Assembly: GCA_046290225.1 (NCBI GenBank) | Contig: JBKAGE010000082.1 | Coordinates: 192,001 to 256,000, forward strand | Origin: Bradymonadia bacterium | GTDB lineage: Bacteria; Myxococcota_A; Bradymonadia; UBA7976; UBA1532 | DNA length: 64,000 nt | Reading direction: 5' to 3' | In this document: positions 49,488 to 60,004 of the stretch, piece after piece | Layout of the letters: each line of letters begins with the position of its first letter | How positions within the stretch are numbered: the first letter of the stretch is position 1 | Program-made: the position numbers and the translations under genes | Notes under the pieces: model-generated | What the model was told of the DNA's origin: nothing | The model's database searches: none | The model's input: the letters and a program-made list of their open reading frames with translations, nothing else

Positions 49488-50514
49488 TCCCGAGGCCCTC
49501 GCCGCCCTCTGCCGGCAGGTCAAAGCCCTCGAAGATGCCCTGAGATCGGGGCAGCTCACCGAAACGATGGTGCTCGAGGCGCTCCAGCCCGGTGAAGATC
49601 CACACGAGCCGGTGTCGCGGATGGTCGCCGCCTACTCGGTGCGGCTCGCCTCCCCCATGCCCCATACCGGAGCCTTTCGCGCATCTCTGGTTCATCACAC
49701 CCTAGCCGAGATCTTCAGTTGGTTACGGCCACCACGTAAGACGTTTTCCGCGGTCGTCGTGGATGATCCTCAGCGCTGGCGCGTACAACCCGAGCATTCA
49801 CAGCCACTCACGATGCGGTTGGATCAGGTCGTCTCAGCAAGGCGGTGGGGTGTCGGCCTCGAGCTGCCTGCAGACGCGCACGCCGAGGTCATGACGACGC
49901 TCTGCCGCCACAGCCTCAGCCACCTCGCCGGCGTGATCAGAGACGTGGGCCACATCGAAGACCGGCTGGGCGCCGAAGGCCGCTCTCTCGATCCGGTGAA
50001 GGCCCCTGGTCGAGGCCACGATGTGGAGCGCTTGATCTGCGATGTGCTCAACGAGACGCACCCAATCGCCCGGCACGCCAGCTTGCTCGAGGATTTCTTG
50101 GAGCGCACCGACATCAGGTTGAAGCTGCCACAGCTCAAACGCCGCAAGGGCGCTCGCCTGCAGGTCTCGCTCATGGCTGACCCTGGGCAGCGTCAGAAAG
50201 CGCGCAAACTCCCAGGGGCTCGACAGGGCATCGCGGTGATCTCCCCCCTCGCCATGGCCCAACGCATCTTCGATGGCGACACGTCAGCTTCGGATGTGTT
50301 CTGGAATGCTCTGCCCCAACGACCGGTGCGTCCCGAGGGGCTGGCCCGTGTGCTCCAACATCTGTGGATGGGTGCCCTCGACAAAGCCACGGCAGATCCC
50401 CGTGGCCCCATCGCGGCCCTGGCCCCTGCGCTCCGAGCGACACTGCGTGAAGATGCTGCACAGGCAGCCATGGCGAGTACCCGGACCATGGGTCGCTCGA
50501 AGCGACGCCGGTGA
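49468..50514 (+). CDS. Hypothetical protein; start uncertain
   Basis: 348-aa ORF filling the gap between co-oriented genes; possible nuclease-like motif spacing (see findings). Confidence 0.5.
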   Translation: MTSSPSNPEALAALCRQVKALEDALRSGQLTETMVLEALQPGEDPHEPVSRMVAAYSVRLASPMPHTGAFRASLVHHTLAEIFSWLRPPRKTFSAVVVDDPQRWRVQPEHSQPLTMRLDQVVSARRWGVGLELPADAHAEVMTTLCRHSLSHLAGVIRDVGHIEDRLGAEGRSLDPVKAPGRGHDVERLICDVLNETHPIARHASLLEDFLERTDIRLKLPQLKRRKGARLQVSLMADPGQRQKARKLPGARQGIAVISPLAMAQRIFDGDTSASDVFWNALPQRPVRPEGLARVLQHLWMGALDKATADPRGPIAALAPALRATLREDAAQAAMASTRTMGRSKRRR

Positions 50515-50625
50515 GGCTGGAAGACATGCGGATCTCAAAGACGAAAAACGCAGTGGTGGAACACATCGCCGCTCAGATGCATCTCACACTGCGACAACAC
50601 ATTTTACGACTCATCCGAGGCCACC

Positions 50626-50943
50626 ATGACTGACCAGACCCCCAAGACCGACCACCTGGCACTGTACGCCTACCCCACCTGCCCGTTCTGTCGTCGGGTC
50701 TCGAAGGCCATCGACGATCTGGGGCTCGAGGTGGAGTACCGCAACATCCATCAGGATCGAGCGGCCTATCAGGCCCTACTTCAGGCCCGAGGACGCGGCA
50801 CAGTGCCCGTGCTCCGCATCGACGGCGAAGGCGGTGACACCTGGATGCCAGAGTCTGCCGACATCGTTGATTATTTATATAAAGAATTCGGCAACGGCCG
50901 CACCCCACCGCGCTCTGGTGGCCTCTTCGGGCTCTTCGGCTGA
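50626..50943 (+). CDS. Glutaredoxin-like protein
   Basis: CPFC active site, TVPVLRI, MPESADI; GAGG RBS. Confidence 0.9.
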   Translation: MTDQTPKTDHLALYAYPTCPFCRRVSKAIDDLGLEVEYRNIHQDRAAYQALLQARGRGTVPVLRIDGEGGDTWMPESADIVDYLYKEFGNGRTPPRSGGLFGLFG

Positions 50944-51269
50944 CCTGCTCGACGCCTCCAGATCCCCCTCACCTTCACCCCCCCGCCTGGGGCCTCTGCA
51001 CCACAGATCTGGGAACAATCTCAACGATGACGGGGTTGTATCTCGGGCCATTGCGTGGTTCTATATCGCAATTTTGTGCTCACAGAGGTCTTACGTGATT
51101 CGCAATCGAACCGGGGCACCCACCCACAGTCTGAAGCCGACGGCGCAGGCAGATTGGGCCGGGCGCCGGGGTGATGCCCCCTCACGTCCGTGGTCAGACG
51201 ATTCTGACCGTGCGGCGGTGCCAGTTCTGAACCTCGTCACGTCGAGGCCCATGCCCCGGAGGTCAGTAG

Positions 51270-51764
51270 ATGGCTGAGTTTACAGTTGGTGACATGGCAG
51301 TTTACCAGGACAATGGTGTTGGCCAGATCACCGACATCAGCACCATGGAAATCAGCGGTTCCCAGATCAAGGTCTACGTGTTGAGGATTCTGGAGAACGG
51401 CGCCACCATTCGGATTCCCACCAGCAGGGCCACCTCGATCGGCCTGCGGGAGGTGATCCCCCCAGAGACCGTCCCGGAGGTGTACGCCATCCTGCGCGAG
51501 CAGGGCAAGAAGCCCGAGGACAAGACCTGGAACCGCCGCTACCGCGCCTACAAGGACAAGCTCAAGACCGGCTCGGTCTACGAGATCGCCCGCGTGCTCC
51601 GGGATCTCTACCGACTGCAGGGCGAGAAAGAGCTCAGCTACGGTGAGCGCCAGATGCTCAACCAGGCCCGCAACCTGCTCGTGAAGGAGCTCTCCATCGC
51701 CACCAACAAGGGCGAGTCGGAGATCAGCCAGGAGCTCGAGGAGCTGTTCTCCATCGAGCCCTGA
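51270..51764 (+). CDS. carD: CarD/CdnL family RNA-polymerase-binding transcription factor
   Basis: FTVGDMAVY..NGVG.I, TWNRRYR..DKLKTGS.YEIA.VLRDL, LSYGERQML. Confidence 0.92.
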   Translation: MAEFTVGDMAVYQDNGVGQITDISTMEISGSQIKVYVLRILENGATIRIPTSRATSIGLREVIPPETVPEVYAILREQGKKPEDKTWNRRYRAYKDKLKTGSVYEIARVLRDLYRLQGEKELSYGERQMLNQARNLLVKELSIATNKGESEISQELEELFSIEP

Positions 51765-51980
51765 TCACCCGCTCTACATCGTCTTCTGGCGACCCACCAG
51801 CATCAAATCTCCAAACTTCCCGCCGTTATCGTTGTCAGATCTGTCGATCATCCGCTATCAGCGGTCCTAGAGCAGTCTAGAGCAGTATGAGACATGATCT
51901 GCTCCAAGGCGCTGATGCTCCAGGCTGACCGCCGATCGCTCACATTACGAGACCCTGCGTCTCGCACGGAGTCGTGCCCG

Positions 51981-52820
51981 ATGGCCAGACGACGGACGCG
52001 CAAATACAACACCGCCAACAAAGGCAAGGGCTCGGCCACTGAGCTCTTCGGGGTGGAAGGACCAGAAGCCAGCCCCGAAGGGGTCGACCTCACGGCCCCC
52101 ACCGCCACAGGGGCCTCGCCTGATCTCGACGGGGCCGCTGCGGACGACTGGTACGACGACGAGGACGATGCACCACAACCACGTGGGGTGAGCTACTCGG
52201 GTTTGATGATGCGGCATCCGTTGTTGCTGCTCTTCGTCATCGGTCTCGGGGTCTTCACCATCATCCGGGAGCTGCCCTCGGCGCAGCTGTTCTTCGCCGA
52301 CCCAACGGTGATCAATTACGGCGATCTGATCGAGCGCCCCCAAATGCGAGCCGACGGCAAAGAACCACCAGCCTTCGACCACGGCGTGTTCTGCACCCTC
52401 GCCGGCACGGTGAACAGCCTCACGATGCAATATCAGGGGGCCCGCAACAGCAATGGCGAGAGCACCAACACTGCGGCGAAGTACTTCGTGAAGATCGCCG
52501 GCGACTCGGTGTTCTTGATCATCGCCGCAGATCGGGAAGATGTGCAGACGCACATTCGGAGCATGACCACGCTGGTGGGCTTCGGCTTCGAAGAGCAGGG
52601 GCGCATGATCAACGCGGATCACGATCCGATCTACGCCTCTACGGCCCGCACGCTGCGGCTGCACTACAACATCAAGGATGACGAGCCTCTCTGGCTCTTC
52701 GACACCACCGACACCCCGAGCGCGTATCGCGGCCACTTCCTCATCGTGTGCTTCTCGGGTCTGGTGATTCTGGTGGCCCTCTTCGGCCTGTTCAGATACT
52801 GGCGTCGCCGCGAAGCCTGA
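51981..52820 (+). CDS. Hypothetical membrane protein (2 TM)
   Basis: ATG at 51981 after GGAG; TM HPLLLLFVIGLGVFTII and C-terminal TM followed by RRR. Confidence 0.65.
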   Translation: MARRRTRKYNTANKGKGSATELFGVEGPEASPEGVDLTAPTATGASPDLDGAAADDWYDDEDDAPQPRGVSYSGLMMRHPLLLLFVIGLGVFTIIRELPSAQLFFADPTVINYGDLIERPQMRADGKEPPAFDHGVFCTLAGTVNSLTMQYQGARNSNGESTNTAAKYFVKIAGDSVFLIIAADREDVQTHIRSMTTLVGFGFEEQGRMINADHDPIYASTARTLRLHYNIKDDEPLWLFDTTDTPSAYRGHFLIVCFSGLVILVALFGLFRYWRRREA

Positions 52821-52875
52821 TGTCACCACGCTGTCACCGCGTGTTTTGCATCGAGGTTCACGCTACACTCCCCCC

Positions 52876-54711
52876 ATGTCGAGTCGGTGCACCTCCTACC
52901 TGTGGGTTGTTTTCACGCTGTTGTGCGTGACGTTGTGGGGTTGTGAGCCCCCACCCTCTACTCCACCAGAGCGCACCATCTTCGTTCAGGTCGACCCTGA
53001 GGCCGACGGCGGCCTGCCCCCGGTCGATGGCGCCGACGCAGGCTTCGTGCCTGATCCGGACTACCCTCACATTCTGGTCATCGCCGGTGAGCCCGAGCGC
53101 TCGGTGAACATCGAGTCCCGCATCGAGCTGGGGGTGCTGCTGCTCGATAATCAGGGTGAGCCGGTGCCCGAGGCCTTCATCTACTTCGACATCGATGATC
53201 CCGATCAGGCCACCCAGACCCGCATCACCGCCCGCCGCGTGACCACGGATGAGACGGGCTACGGTAAGATCGAGCTGCTGGCAGGACCGCTGATCGAAGA
53301 TGTGGAGATCGTGGCCCGTGGCGAGGCGAGCCGTGAGGTCCGCTTCACAGTGCACGTGCTTGAATTGCCCACTGGGGGGCTTGAGGTGGTGCCTGACTAC
53401 GCCGGGCCCATCAACCTCGGCTCGATGGAGGTCTACCTCGTCGAGAGCCCGGCGTGGTGTGACTCGCCGGTGTATCTGTTTCCGCCGGAAGACATCCTGC
53501 TGAGCGCCACGACGCAGGGCCCCATGCAGCCTGCCATCTTCGACAGCGTGCTCTCGGGCACCCGCCTCGCCGTGGTGGTCAGGGCACGCACCGAGGAAGG
53601 CCGGATTCTCGCCGGTGGTGGCTGCGTCAACGATGTGGAGGTGCCCCCCCTCGACATGCGCACGGTGCGGGTGCCCATCTTCCTGCTGCCCCTCGAGTCA
53701 GCAGGCACCTACACCGTTCAGAATCGATTCGATTTCACCAATGCGGTGCCGGGCACATTGGGCCGGGTCATCGACGGGCTGGTGCAGTTCTTCGGCGCCG
53801 GTGAGCAAGAGCGCGAGATCGCCTCGGTGATCTTCGACGTGGTGGAGCAGCTGGCCCGAGAGGCCGCCGGCACCCTCGGCGGCATCGCCGTAGAGCTGGT
53901 CCGGGCCTGGGTGGAAGACGATCTCAACCGCATCATCAACACCTACATCGATTACGACGCCCCCCAATGGATCAGGGACTTCTTCCAGATCGGGCGAGAC
54001 TTGCTGCAGGTGGTGGCTGATCTCGAGGTGATCAGCCGCGTGCGATTGAGCAAAGTGCGCACCGACGGCACCTTCGAAGGCAGCGAGAGCTGGATCGGCC
54101 TCGCCTTCCGCTGGACGCTGCCCTGTGGCGAGAACAACCCGGACCCTGACTGCGGGCGCCACGAGTTCACCATGGAGCAAGTGGCCTCAGGTCTCGAAGG
54201 GGTGGACCTCGTCTTCGGTCAGTTCAACGGTCGAGTGCACAGCTACGATCGCATGATCATCAACAGCCACACCCTCGACTTGCAGTACGGCCGCCTGATC
54301 TTGTTCGTGCTCAACAATTTGATTTTGCCCGAGGTGGCCGACGGCGCGGACAACATCACCGACGCCCTGCTCAACCTCGCCGACTGCCCCGCCTTCGCCA
54401 ACCGTATGACGAACGGCCGTGACACCCTCGAGCTCGGCGGCATCGAGATCGCCAGCCGAGATTCGATCGAGGGCTGGTGCACGACGGTGATGAGCGTGGC
54501 CGGTGACGGCGCCCGGGCGATCCTGGGCCGTCTGAGGACCGACACTCGCATCACCCTGAGCGGCGATGTGCTGCTCATCGAGCAGAACAACGATCTTCGA
54601 GTCGATGCGCTGGTGGACGGGGTCTGGCGGGGGAACATCCGCACGGGTGCGGATGACGGGCCGCCCTTCGAAGGGCGCTTCGAGGGGCTGAGGGATACGC
54701 GCTTGCCTTGA
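52876..54711 (+). CDS. Hypothetical lipoprotein with Ig-like N-terminal region
   Basis: Lipobox LWGC; VLLLDNQGEPVP...TDETGYG (Big-1-like); paired cysteines. Confidence 0.7.
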   Translation: MSSRCTSYLWVVFTLLCVTLWGCEPPPSTPPERTIFVQVDPEADGGLPPVDGADAGFVPDPDYPHILVIAGEPERSVNIESRIELGVLLLDNQGEPVPEAFIYFDIDDPDQATQTRITARRVTTDETGYGKIELLAGPLIEDVEIVARGEASREVRFTVHVLELPTGGLEVVPDYAGPINLGSMEVYLVESPAWCDSPVYLFPPEDILLSATTQGPMQPAIFDSVLSGTRLAVVVRARTEEGRILAGGGCVNDVEVPPLDMRTVRVPIFLLPLESAGTYTVQNRFDFTNAVPGTLGRVIDGLVQFFGAGEQEREIASVIFDVVEQLAREAAGTLGGIAVELVRAWVEDDLNRIINTYIDYDAPQWIRDFFQIGRDLLQVVADLEVISRVRLSKVRTDGTFEGSESWIGLAFRWTLPCGENNPDPDCGRHEFTMEQVASGLEGVDLVFGQFNGRVHSYDRMIINSHTLDLQYGRLILFVLNNLILPEVADGADNITDALLNLADCPAFANRMTNGRDTLELGGIEIASRDSIEGWCTTVMSVAGDGARAILGRLRTDTRITLSGDVLLIEQNNDLRVDALVDGVWRGNIRTGADDGPPFEGRFEGLRDTRLP

Positions 54712-54721
54712 GCGGCGAAGC

Positions 54722-55162
54722 TCACTCGCTCTCGGTACGCAGCTCCGCCTCTTGAGTGGGGAAGCCCGCGAGATCACGCACCTCGAAGCTCACCAGCAGC
54801 TCGTCGCCGCCTTCTCCGCAGTAGATCCGCTCGCTGTTGGCGCCCCCCTGAGTCCAGGTGTAGCGCACGCGGATCGGCTTGTCGGGATCGTCGGCGTTCT
54901 CGAGGCTCTCGGCTTCGGGTCGCAGGGTGTTCGCGGCCACCACCATCACCGGCTCACCGAGATCGTCCACACCATCGACATCTTCCACCGTGAACGAGAC
55001 CGAGGTGAGGATCACCTCGCCTTGTACGCTGCCACACAGCGCCTCGCCACCCACGACCACAGGCGCGGTGTTCGTTTCGGTCTCTTCTTCACCACAGGCG
55101 AAGAGCGCAGGCACGAGGCAAAGACACAGACTGGTGGTGGAGATCAGGGATCGCAGCGACAT
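54722..55162 (-). CDS. Small hypothetical lipoprotein
   Basis: Lipobox LFAC; GAGG RBS. Confidence 0.7.
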   Translation of the reverse strand: MSLRSLISTTSLCLCLVPALFACGEEETETNTAPVVVGGEALCGSVQGEVILTSVSFTVEDVDGVDDLGEPVMVVAANTLRPEAESLENADDPDKPIRVRYTWTQGGANSERIYCGEGGDELLVSFEVRDLAGFPTQEAELRTESE

Positions 55163-55204
55163 GGGGTCCTCGAGGGCAATTGAACCCGAGGACGATAGCA
55201 GAAT

Positions 55205-56134
55205 TCAGGGTACGATGTTCAGAGACCAGTCGTAGTCCAGGAATCGATCGACGCGCACGCCCTCAGCGCCCCCTTCGCGCCACCGCTCGATGAAGTCTTC
55301 GGGGCCCTCGTAATCGCCCTCGGAGAAATCTTTGGCGAACCAGTTGAAGAGCGACGACACCCCATCGGGGCCAGCGCCTTTCTCGGGGCTGGCGAGGAAG
55401 CTGCGGGTGCGCTCGGCAAGTTGTGCTTCGAGATCTGCAGCCCGGAACGCCGTGGGGGCGAGGTTGGGGCAGCCGAGGCTGGCGCAGTTCACCGCCACGT
55501 GCAGGCGCGGATCGAGGGCCCGGCCGTCCCAGAGCTGATCGTGCAGCGCCAGCATGGTGCTCAGCTCGTCTGCGGTGAGGGCCTCGGCGCTCGAATGCTC
55601 GCGATCACCCCGGACGATGACATGCTCCAGCTCGTCGAGGCTGAGCACGAGGCCTGCGGCCCGGAAGCTGCGCTTGGAGAAGAAGGCAAACAGCTCGTCG
55701 CTCACGCTGTAGCTGGCGTCACCCTCGTAGATGTCGAGCACGCCTTTGAGCACCAGGGCGTTGTAGGCGTTGATCCAGAATGCGAAGCGCTCCTCAAAGC
55801 TCTCCAGCTTCGCCGGATCGACGATGTCGAGGGTGGCGACGTACTGGTCGAGCAAAAAGGTGGCCTCCTCGCTGGCCCGGATGCCGTCGTAATCGACGAA
55901 GGTGTACTGGCCATCTTCCGAGGCGGTGACATGACGCGTGAGCACACTTTCGAAGAGCAGATGATCGAGGCGGGTGGCCTCGCTGTAGGCATCTTCGAAA
56001 CTCTCGTCCACAACCTGCTCTGGCGGAGGCGCTTCAGCAGCGGGGCGCGTGCCTTCGTATTCCACCCAGTCACCGCAACCGGCGAGCGCAGAGGCGCCGA
56101 GGGCGCCGATGATGAAGAGTCTGGACAACATCAT
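55205..56134 (-). CDS. DUF547 family lipoprotein
   Basis: Lipobox LAGC; VDY, AFWINAYNA, LSLDELEH, DPRLHVAVNCASLGCP, FNWF..DF, YDWSLN. Confidence 0.9.
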   Translation of the reverse strand: MMLSRLFIIGALGASALAGCGDWVEYEGTRPAAEAPPPEQVVDESFEDAYSEATRLDHLLFESVLTRHVTASEDGQYTFVDYDGIRASEEATFLLDQYVATLDIVDPAKLESFEERFAFWINAYNALVLKGVLDIYEGDASYSVSDELFAFFSKRSFRAAGLVLSLDELEHVIVRGDREHSSAEALTADELSTMLALHDQLWDGRALDPRLHVAVNCASLGCPNLAPTAFRAADLEAQLAERTRSFLASPEKGAGPDGVSSLFNWFAKDFSEGDYEGPEDFIERWREGGAEGVRVDRFLDYDWSLNIVP

Positions 56135-56139
56135 GAACC

Positions 56140-56973
56140 TCACTGGCTGTAAGAGACGCCGACGGTGACCGCCTGGCCGTTTGCGCTGTTACGGGCCCAC
56201 AGAGTGCCGTCGTAGCCCGCTTCGAGGGCGAAACCACCACCGACAGGGGCATAGAGGCCGGGGCCAAGGGTGACGTACCCCTTGGTGAACGGATCTTCTT
56301 CGTACGGCGCCACCACCTGCAGGTTGGCCATGAGCAAGATGCCCTTCCACGTGGTCACGCCCACCTGACCGAAGGCGACGAAGCTGTCACCGAAGGATCG
56401 ATCGAGGCCCTCGCCGATGAAGGTCTCGGTTCGGAACCGATGACCCACCTCGAGCAGGGCGTAGATGGGGGTGTTGGGGATGCTGTCGCCGATGGCGAGC
56501 CACACGGTGTAGTCGATCTGCCCATCACCAACGAGGGGGAAGTTGGCCCCCTCGAGGCCGCCGGGCTCGCTGGCATCGTAGAACGGCACCTTGGCCTCTG
56601 CCCGCACGGCGTGGGGCAGGTTGAGCCACGGGCTGCTGTACTGCAGACCGGCGACGACGTCGCCCACCCGGGCGCTCCGAAACCGGCCCACGCCCTCGAA
56701 GTCGTTGGTGCCGATGGTGTGGGGTACGAAGAACTGCAGATGCAGCCCGTCGGCGATGCCCACCTCACCATAGACCGAGGTGGTCTGGCCCAGGTACGCA
56801 GCGCCGCTCTGAACCTGACCACTGGCGTCGACGAACTCGTCGGCGAAGAACCACCCCTCGCCGAGCTTCACATAGGCCTCACCGGCGTTCTTGGTCCAGG
56901 GACCCGCGCTGGAGACGATGGGGCAGCAGAGCAGCGCGCAGGTCAGCGAGGCGGTGATCCAGGGCCTGAGCAT
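56140..56973 (-). CDS. Putative outer-membrane beta-barrel protein
   Basis: Signal peptide ending SSA-GPWT; alternating beta-strand pattern; C-terminal VGVSY; ATG at 56973 after GGAGA. Confidence 0.65.
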   Translation of the reverse strand: MLRPWITASLTCALLCCPIVSSAGPWTKNAGEAYVKLGEGWFFADEFVDASGQVQSGAAYLGQTTSVYGEVGIADGLHLQFFVPHTIGTNDFEGVGRFRSARVGDVVAGLQYSSPWLNLPHAVRAEAKVPFYDASEPGGLEGANFPLVGDGQIDYTVWLAIGDSIPNTPIYALLEVGHRFRTETFIGEGLDRSFGDSFVAFGQVGVTTWKGILLMANLQVVAPYEEDPFTKGYVTLGPGLYAPVGGGFALEAGYDGTLWARNSANGQAVTVGVSYSQ

Positions 56974-57226
56974 GGTGTCTCCGGAGCGGTGGACGGTCGC
57001 AGTGAGGTACGGGCGTAGGCAGGGAAGATTACCACCGACCTCGAAGATCAGGCGGCCTGAAGGCTTAGAGGCCCTCACATAACCGCTCCCGTCGCCAGGA
57101 ACGCGATGCACTTCGTGAGGCAGTCGAAAACGTCCTCGACGATGCTTCGGCATCGCCTGCGGTTTTTTCGACTGCCTCACTCGCGCCTCACGTCCCTGAC
57201 TCGGTCCGCTGTTTTGTTCAAGCCTC

Positions 57227-58291
57227 TTACTTGGCGTTGAAGCTGGGGCTGAACTCGATGGTGGTGCGCATCAGGCTCTGGAAGGGCAGGTTCCGGTGCG
57301 GGCGATCTTCGGCGCAGGCCACCTCGACGATGGGGAAGCTGTCGAGGCGAGCGTTGAGATCATCCATCGACCCGGCGATGTACGAGATGTCGATGTCGTA
57401 GAAATGCATCTGGTACAGGTACTTGCGACAGCTCGAAGACACAGCCTGCTCTTCGCCAGCGTGGTCCATGATCCAGACCTCGTCACAACTCTCGTCGGCG
57501 ACGTCTTGCCGTGTGAAGGCATACATGCGGCGATCGAAGGCAGCCCAACCGTTGAGGCTGGGGCAGGTGCACCCGTTGATCTCCTCACAGCTCGGATCAT
57601 TGTTGGTCCGGTTGAAGTTCACGCGCTCGACATAGAACTCGCCGGGCAGACCCTCGAAGAAGACGAAACAGGCGTTGGCCTGGAAATACTCGTTGCCCTC
57701 GGGGAAGTGCGCCCAGGCATAAACATTGGCCGGGGGCTCGCCATTGACGCAGTCCCAGCTGGGCATGTCGAGGCCTGCGGGGTTGGTGGTGGGGCACTCG
57801 GCGTCGTTGCCATCACAGTCGTCGTCGACGCGATCGCCACAGATCTCGATGGCGCCAGGGTAGCGCCAGGCATCGTCCACGGCGCAGTCGCTGGCCTCTC
57901 GGGCGTAACCTTCGAGCTCTTCGTCAGGCAGCAAGCACGCATCGGTGGTGTCGTCTTCGACGCCGAAGCCGTCACCGTCACTGTCGGCATAGACGGTGAT
58001 GTCCATGCACATGGCGGGCTCGCCACCAGCGCCCCCAGTATCACCGCCGGCGCCACCAGGGGCCTCGCCACCAGCGCCACCGGCCACCTGACCGCCGGCC
58101 CCTGCCGCGCCACCACCGGCCTCGCCGCCCGAGCCACCAGGGGCCTCGCCCCCAGCGCCGCCAGCGGCCTCTCCACCGGCGCCAGCGACCGCGGCGCCAG
58201 CGCCACCGGTGTTTTCGGAATCCTCGCCATCATCGCAGGCGATGAGGGCCAGAGGGGCGAGCAGAGCGAAACTGAGTGAGGTGATGCGCAT
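57227..58291 (-). CDS. Lipoprotein with Gly/Ala linker repeats and MopE-like metal-binding motif
   Basis: MRITSLSF...LIAC lipobox; GGAGGEA repeats; YADSDGDGFG...DC....YPGAIEICGD.VDDDCDG. Confidence 0.75.
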   Translation of the reverse strand: MRITSLSFALLAPLALIACDDGEDSENTGGAGAAVAGAGGEAAGGAGGEAPGGSGGEAGGGAAGAGGQVAGGAGGEAPGGAGGDTGGAGGEPAMCMDITVYADSDGDGFGVEDDTTDACLLPDEELEGYAREASDCAVDDAWRYPGAIEICGDRVDDDCDGNDAECPTTNPAGLDMPSWDCVNGEPPANVYAWAHFPEGNEYFQANACFVFFEGLPGEFYVERVNFNRTNNDPSCEEINGCTCPSLNGWAAFDRRMYAFTRQDVADESCDEVWIMDHAGEEQAVSSSCRKYLYQMHFYDIDISYIAGSMDDLNARLDSFPIVEVACAEDRPHRNLPFQSLMRTTIEFSPSFNAK

Positions 58292-58449
58292 GGTCTTCTT
58301 TGGTATGTGCACGTCAACGAGTGGATGACGATGTGTCAGAATCAGCGTCTTCGAGCGCAGCGTGCCTGGGCTCAGGTGATTGGGCCCAAGCGATCGGGCT
58401 GTAGTGTGCCCAAGAGCGTTGAGTCGATGAAAGGGTGCACGGTGTTTTG

Positions 58450-59571
58450 ATGATGAGTTTAAGGCCATGGGCCCTCTCGATACTGTTCATCTTCACCGCA
58501 TGCTCCACAGAGTCGCCAAAGCCCTCTTTGGATGTACGCTCACCCGACTCCGCGACCTCACCGGTCACGACACCACTGCCGCCTTCGACGACGTCGAAGA
58601 CTACGTCGGCGAGCCCTGTACGTTACAAGGGCGTCTCCCTCGGGCTCTTCGTGAGCCACTCCGACGCTGAGTATCAGCTGATGCTCTACAGCCAGATGCT
58701 CGACGAGATCGCCGAGCTCGGCGCCACCGACGTACAGCTCCCGATCCGCTGGGCTCAACCGGACCACCGCAGCGCCGATCTGTCCCCCCGCCGTGGCCTC
58801 ACGCCCTCCGACGCAGTGCTCGGGCAGGTCATCGACGAGGCACATCGGCGAAAGCTGCGGGTGTTCCTGATGCCCATGATCCACCTTGAGCGCCGTGACA
58901 AGGGCATCTGGCGTGGGCGCATCGATCCTGCGGAGCCTGACGCGTGGTGGGCGGCGTACAGACGCTTCATCCAGCACTACGCCGAGCTGGGCGCGCGTCA
59001 CGGGGTGCACCTCTTCGCTGTGGGCAGCGAGCTGGTGAGCCTCGAGCGCTTCAATGATCGCTGGCAGACCCTCATCGCCGACACCCGCACCCGCTTCAAA
59101 GGTCTGCTCACCTATTCGGCGAACTGGGATCACTTCGAGCCGGTGCCCTTCTGGGATCAGCTCGACGTGGTGGGGGTCACGGCCTATCAACCGCTCATGC
59201 AGGGCCCAGCAGATGTGTCCGACCTGCCCACGGTCGACACACTGGCCTCGGGCTGGCGCCCGCTCGTCCAGCGCTTGCGGGGCTGGGCCATGCGGCAGAA
59301 CCGCCGCTACCTGTTCACCGAGGTGGGCTTCCCGGCCCACACCTACGGCGCCGCCCGCCCCTGGGATCACAGCCGCAGCAAGGGCGAGCCCGCACCAGAG
59401 CTTCAAGCCCGCTGCCTCGAGTCCCTGGTACAGGTCTGGCGCACGGATGATCGCCTGCAGGGTGTCTTTGTGTGGAACTGGTTCGGCGTGGGTGGCACCC
59501 AAGATCGAGGCTACAGCCCCCGCGACCGTCGAGGGGCCTCGGTCATCAAAGCGTGGTTCGACGCGTGGTAA
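58450..59571 (+). CDS. Glycoside hydrolase family 113-like (TIM-barrel) lipoprotein
   Basis: Lipobox FTAC; WRGRI.P...WW..Y, VGSEL, LTYSANWD, FWDQLD.VGV.AY, FTEVGF, G.FVWNW. Confidence 0.8.
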   Translation: MMSLRPWALSILFIFTACSTESPKPSLDVRSPDSATSPVTTPLPPSTTSKTTSASPVRYKGVSLGLFVSHSDAEYQLMLYSQMLDEIAELGATDVQLPIRWAQPDHRSADLSPRRGLTPSDAVLGQVIDEAHRRKLRVFLMPMIHLERRDKGIWRGRIDPAEPDAWWAAYRRFIQHYAELGARHGVHLFAVGSELVSLERFNDRWQTLIADTRTRFKGLLTYSANWDHFEPVPFWDQLDVVGVTAYQPLMQGPADVSDLPTVDTLASGWRPLVQRLRGWAMRQNRRYLFTEVGFPAHTYGAARPWDHSRSKGEPAPELQARCLESLVQVWRTDDRLQGVFVWNWFGVGGTQDRGYSPRDRRGASVIKAWFDAW

Positions 59572-59618
59572 CTCGTTACGCTCTCGCCAGCTCTCTGCCC
59601 CTGACTCAGGAGACTCAC

Positions 59619-59963
59619 GTGCGCCTCTCTCTCACCGCCCTGGCCCTCGTACTGCCCATGGTCACCCTCACAGGCTGTGAGGAGGAGGCCGCCGGCTTCG
59701 GCAGAGGCACGGTCAACCTGCCCTCGACCTGCGGCGCCGAGCTTCCATGTGCTGAGGGCTTCGAGTGTCTGATGCTGCCTGATTCGGATCTGGGCTTCTG
59801 CAGCTGCGACGGGGCACCCAACTGCGCGGAGACGCCCTGCGTATGCGAGGCGCCGCAGAGCCGAGGTGAAGGCGAGGGCTGCTCGATCGACGCGAACTGT
59901 GCCGAAGGGCTGGTGTGCGCGGCACGTGATGCTGTGGGCACCCTGGGATGTGTAGCGCGCTGA
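59619..59963 (+). CDS. Small Cys-rich lipoprotein
   Basis: GTG at 59619 after AGGAG; lipobox LTGC; multiple Cys (C..GFEC, GEGC..DANC..GLVC). Confidence 0.65.
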   Translation: MRLSLTALALVLPMVTLTGCEEEAAGFGRGTVNLPSTCGAELPCAEGFECLMLPDSDLGFCSCDGAPNCAETPCVCEAPQSRGEGEGCSIDANCAEGLVCAARDAVGTLGCVAR

Positions 59964-60004
59964 CGTTTGAGCGGACGGCGGCGCCGAAGGCGCGGCCGTC
60001 CGCT

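Noticed and set aside
58020..58210. GC-rich tandem repeats
   Set aside because: They encode an ordinary GGAGGEA linker after a lipoprotein signal.
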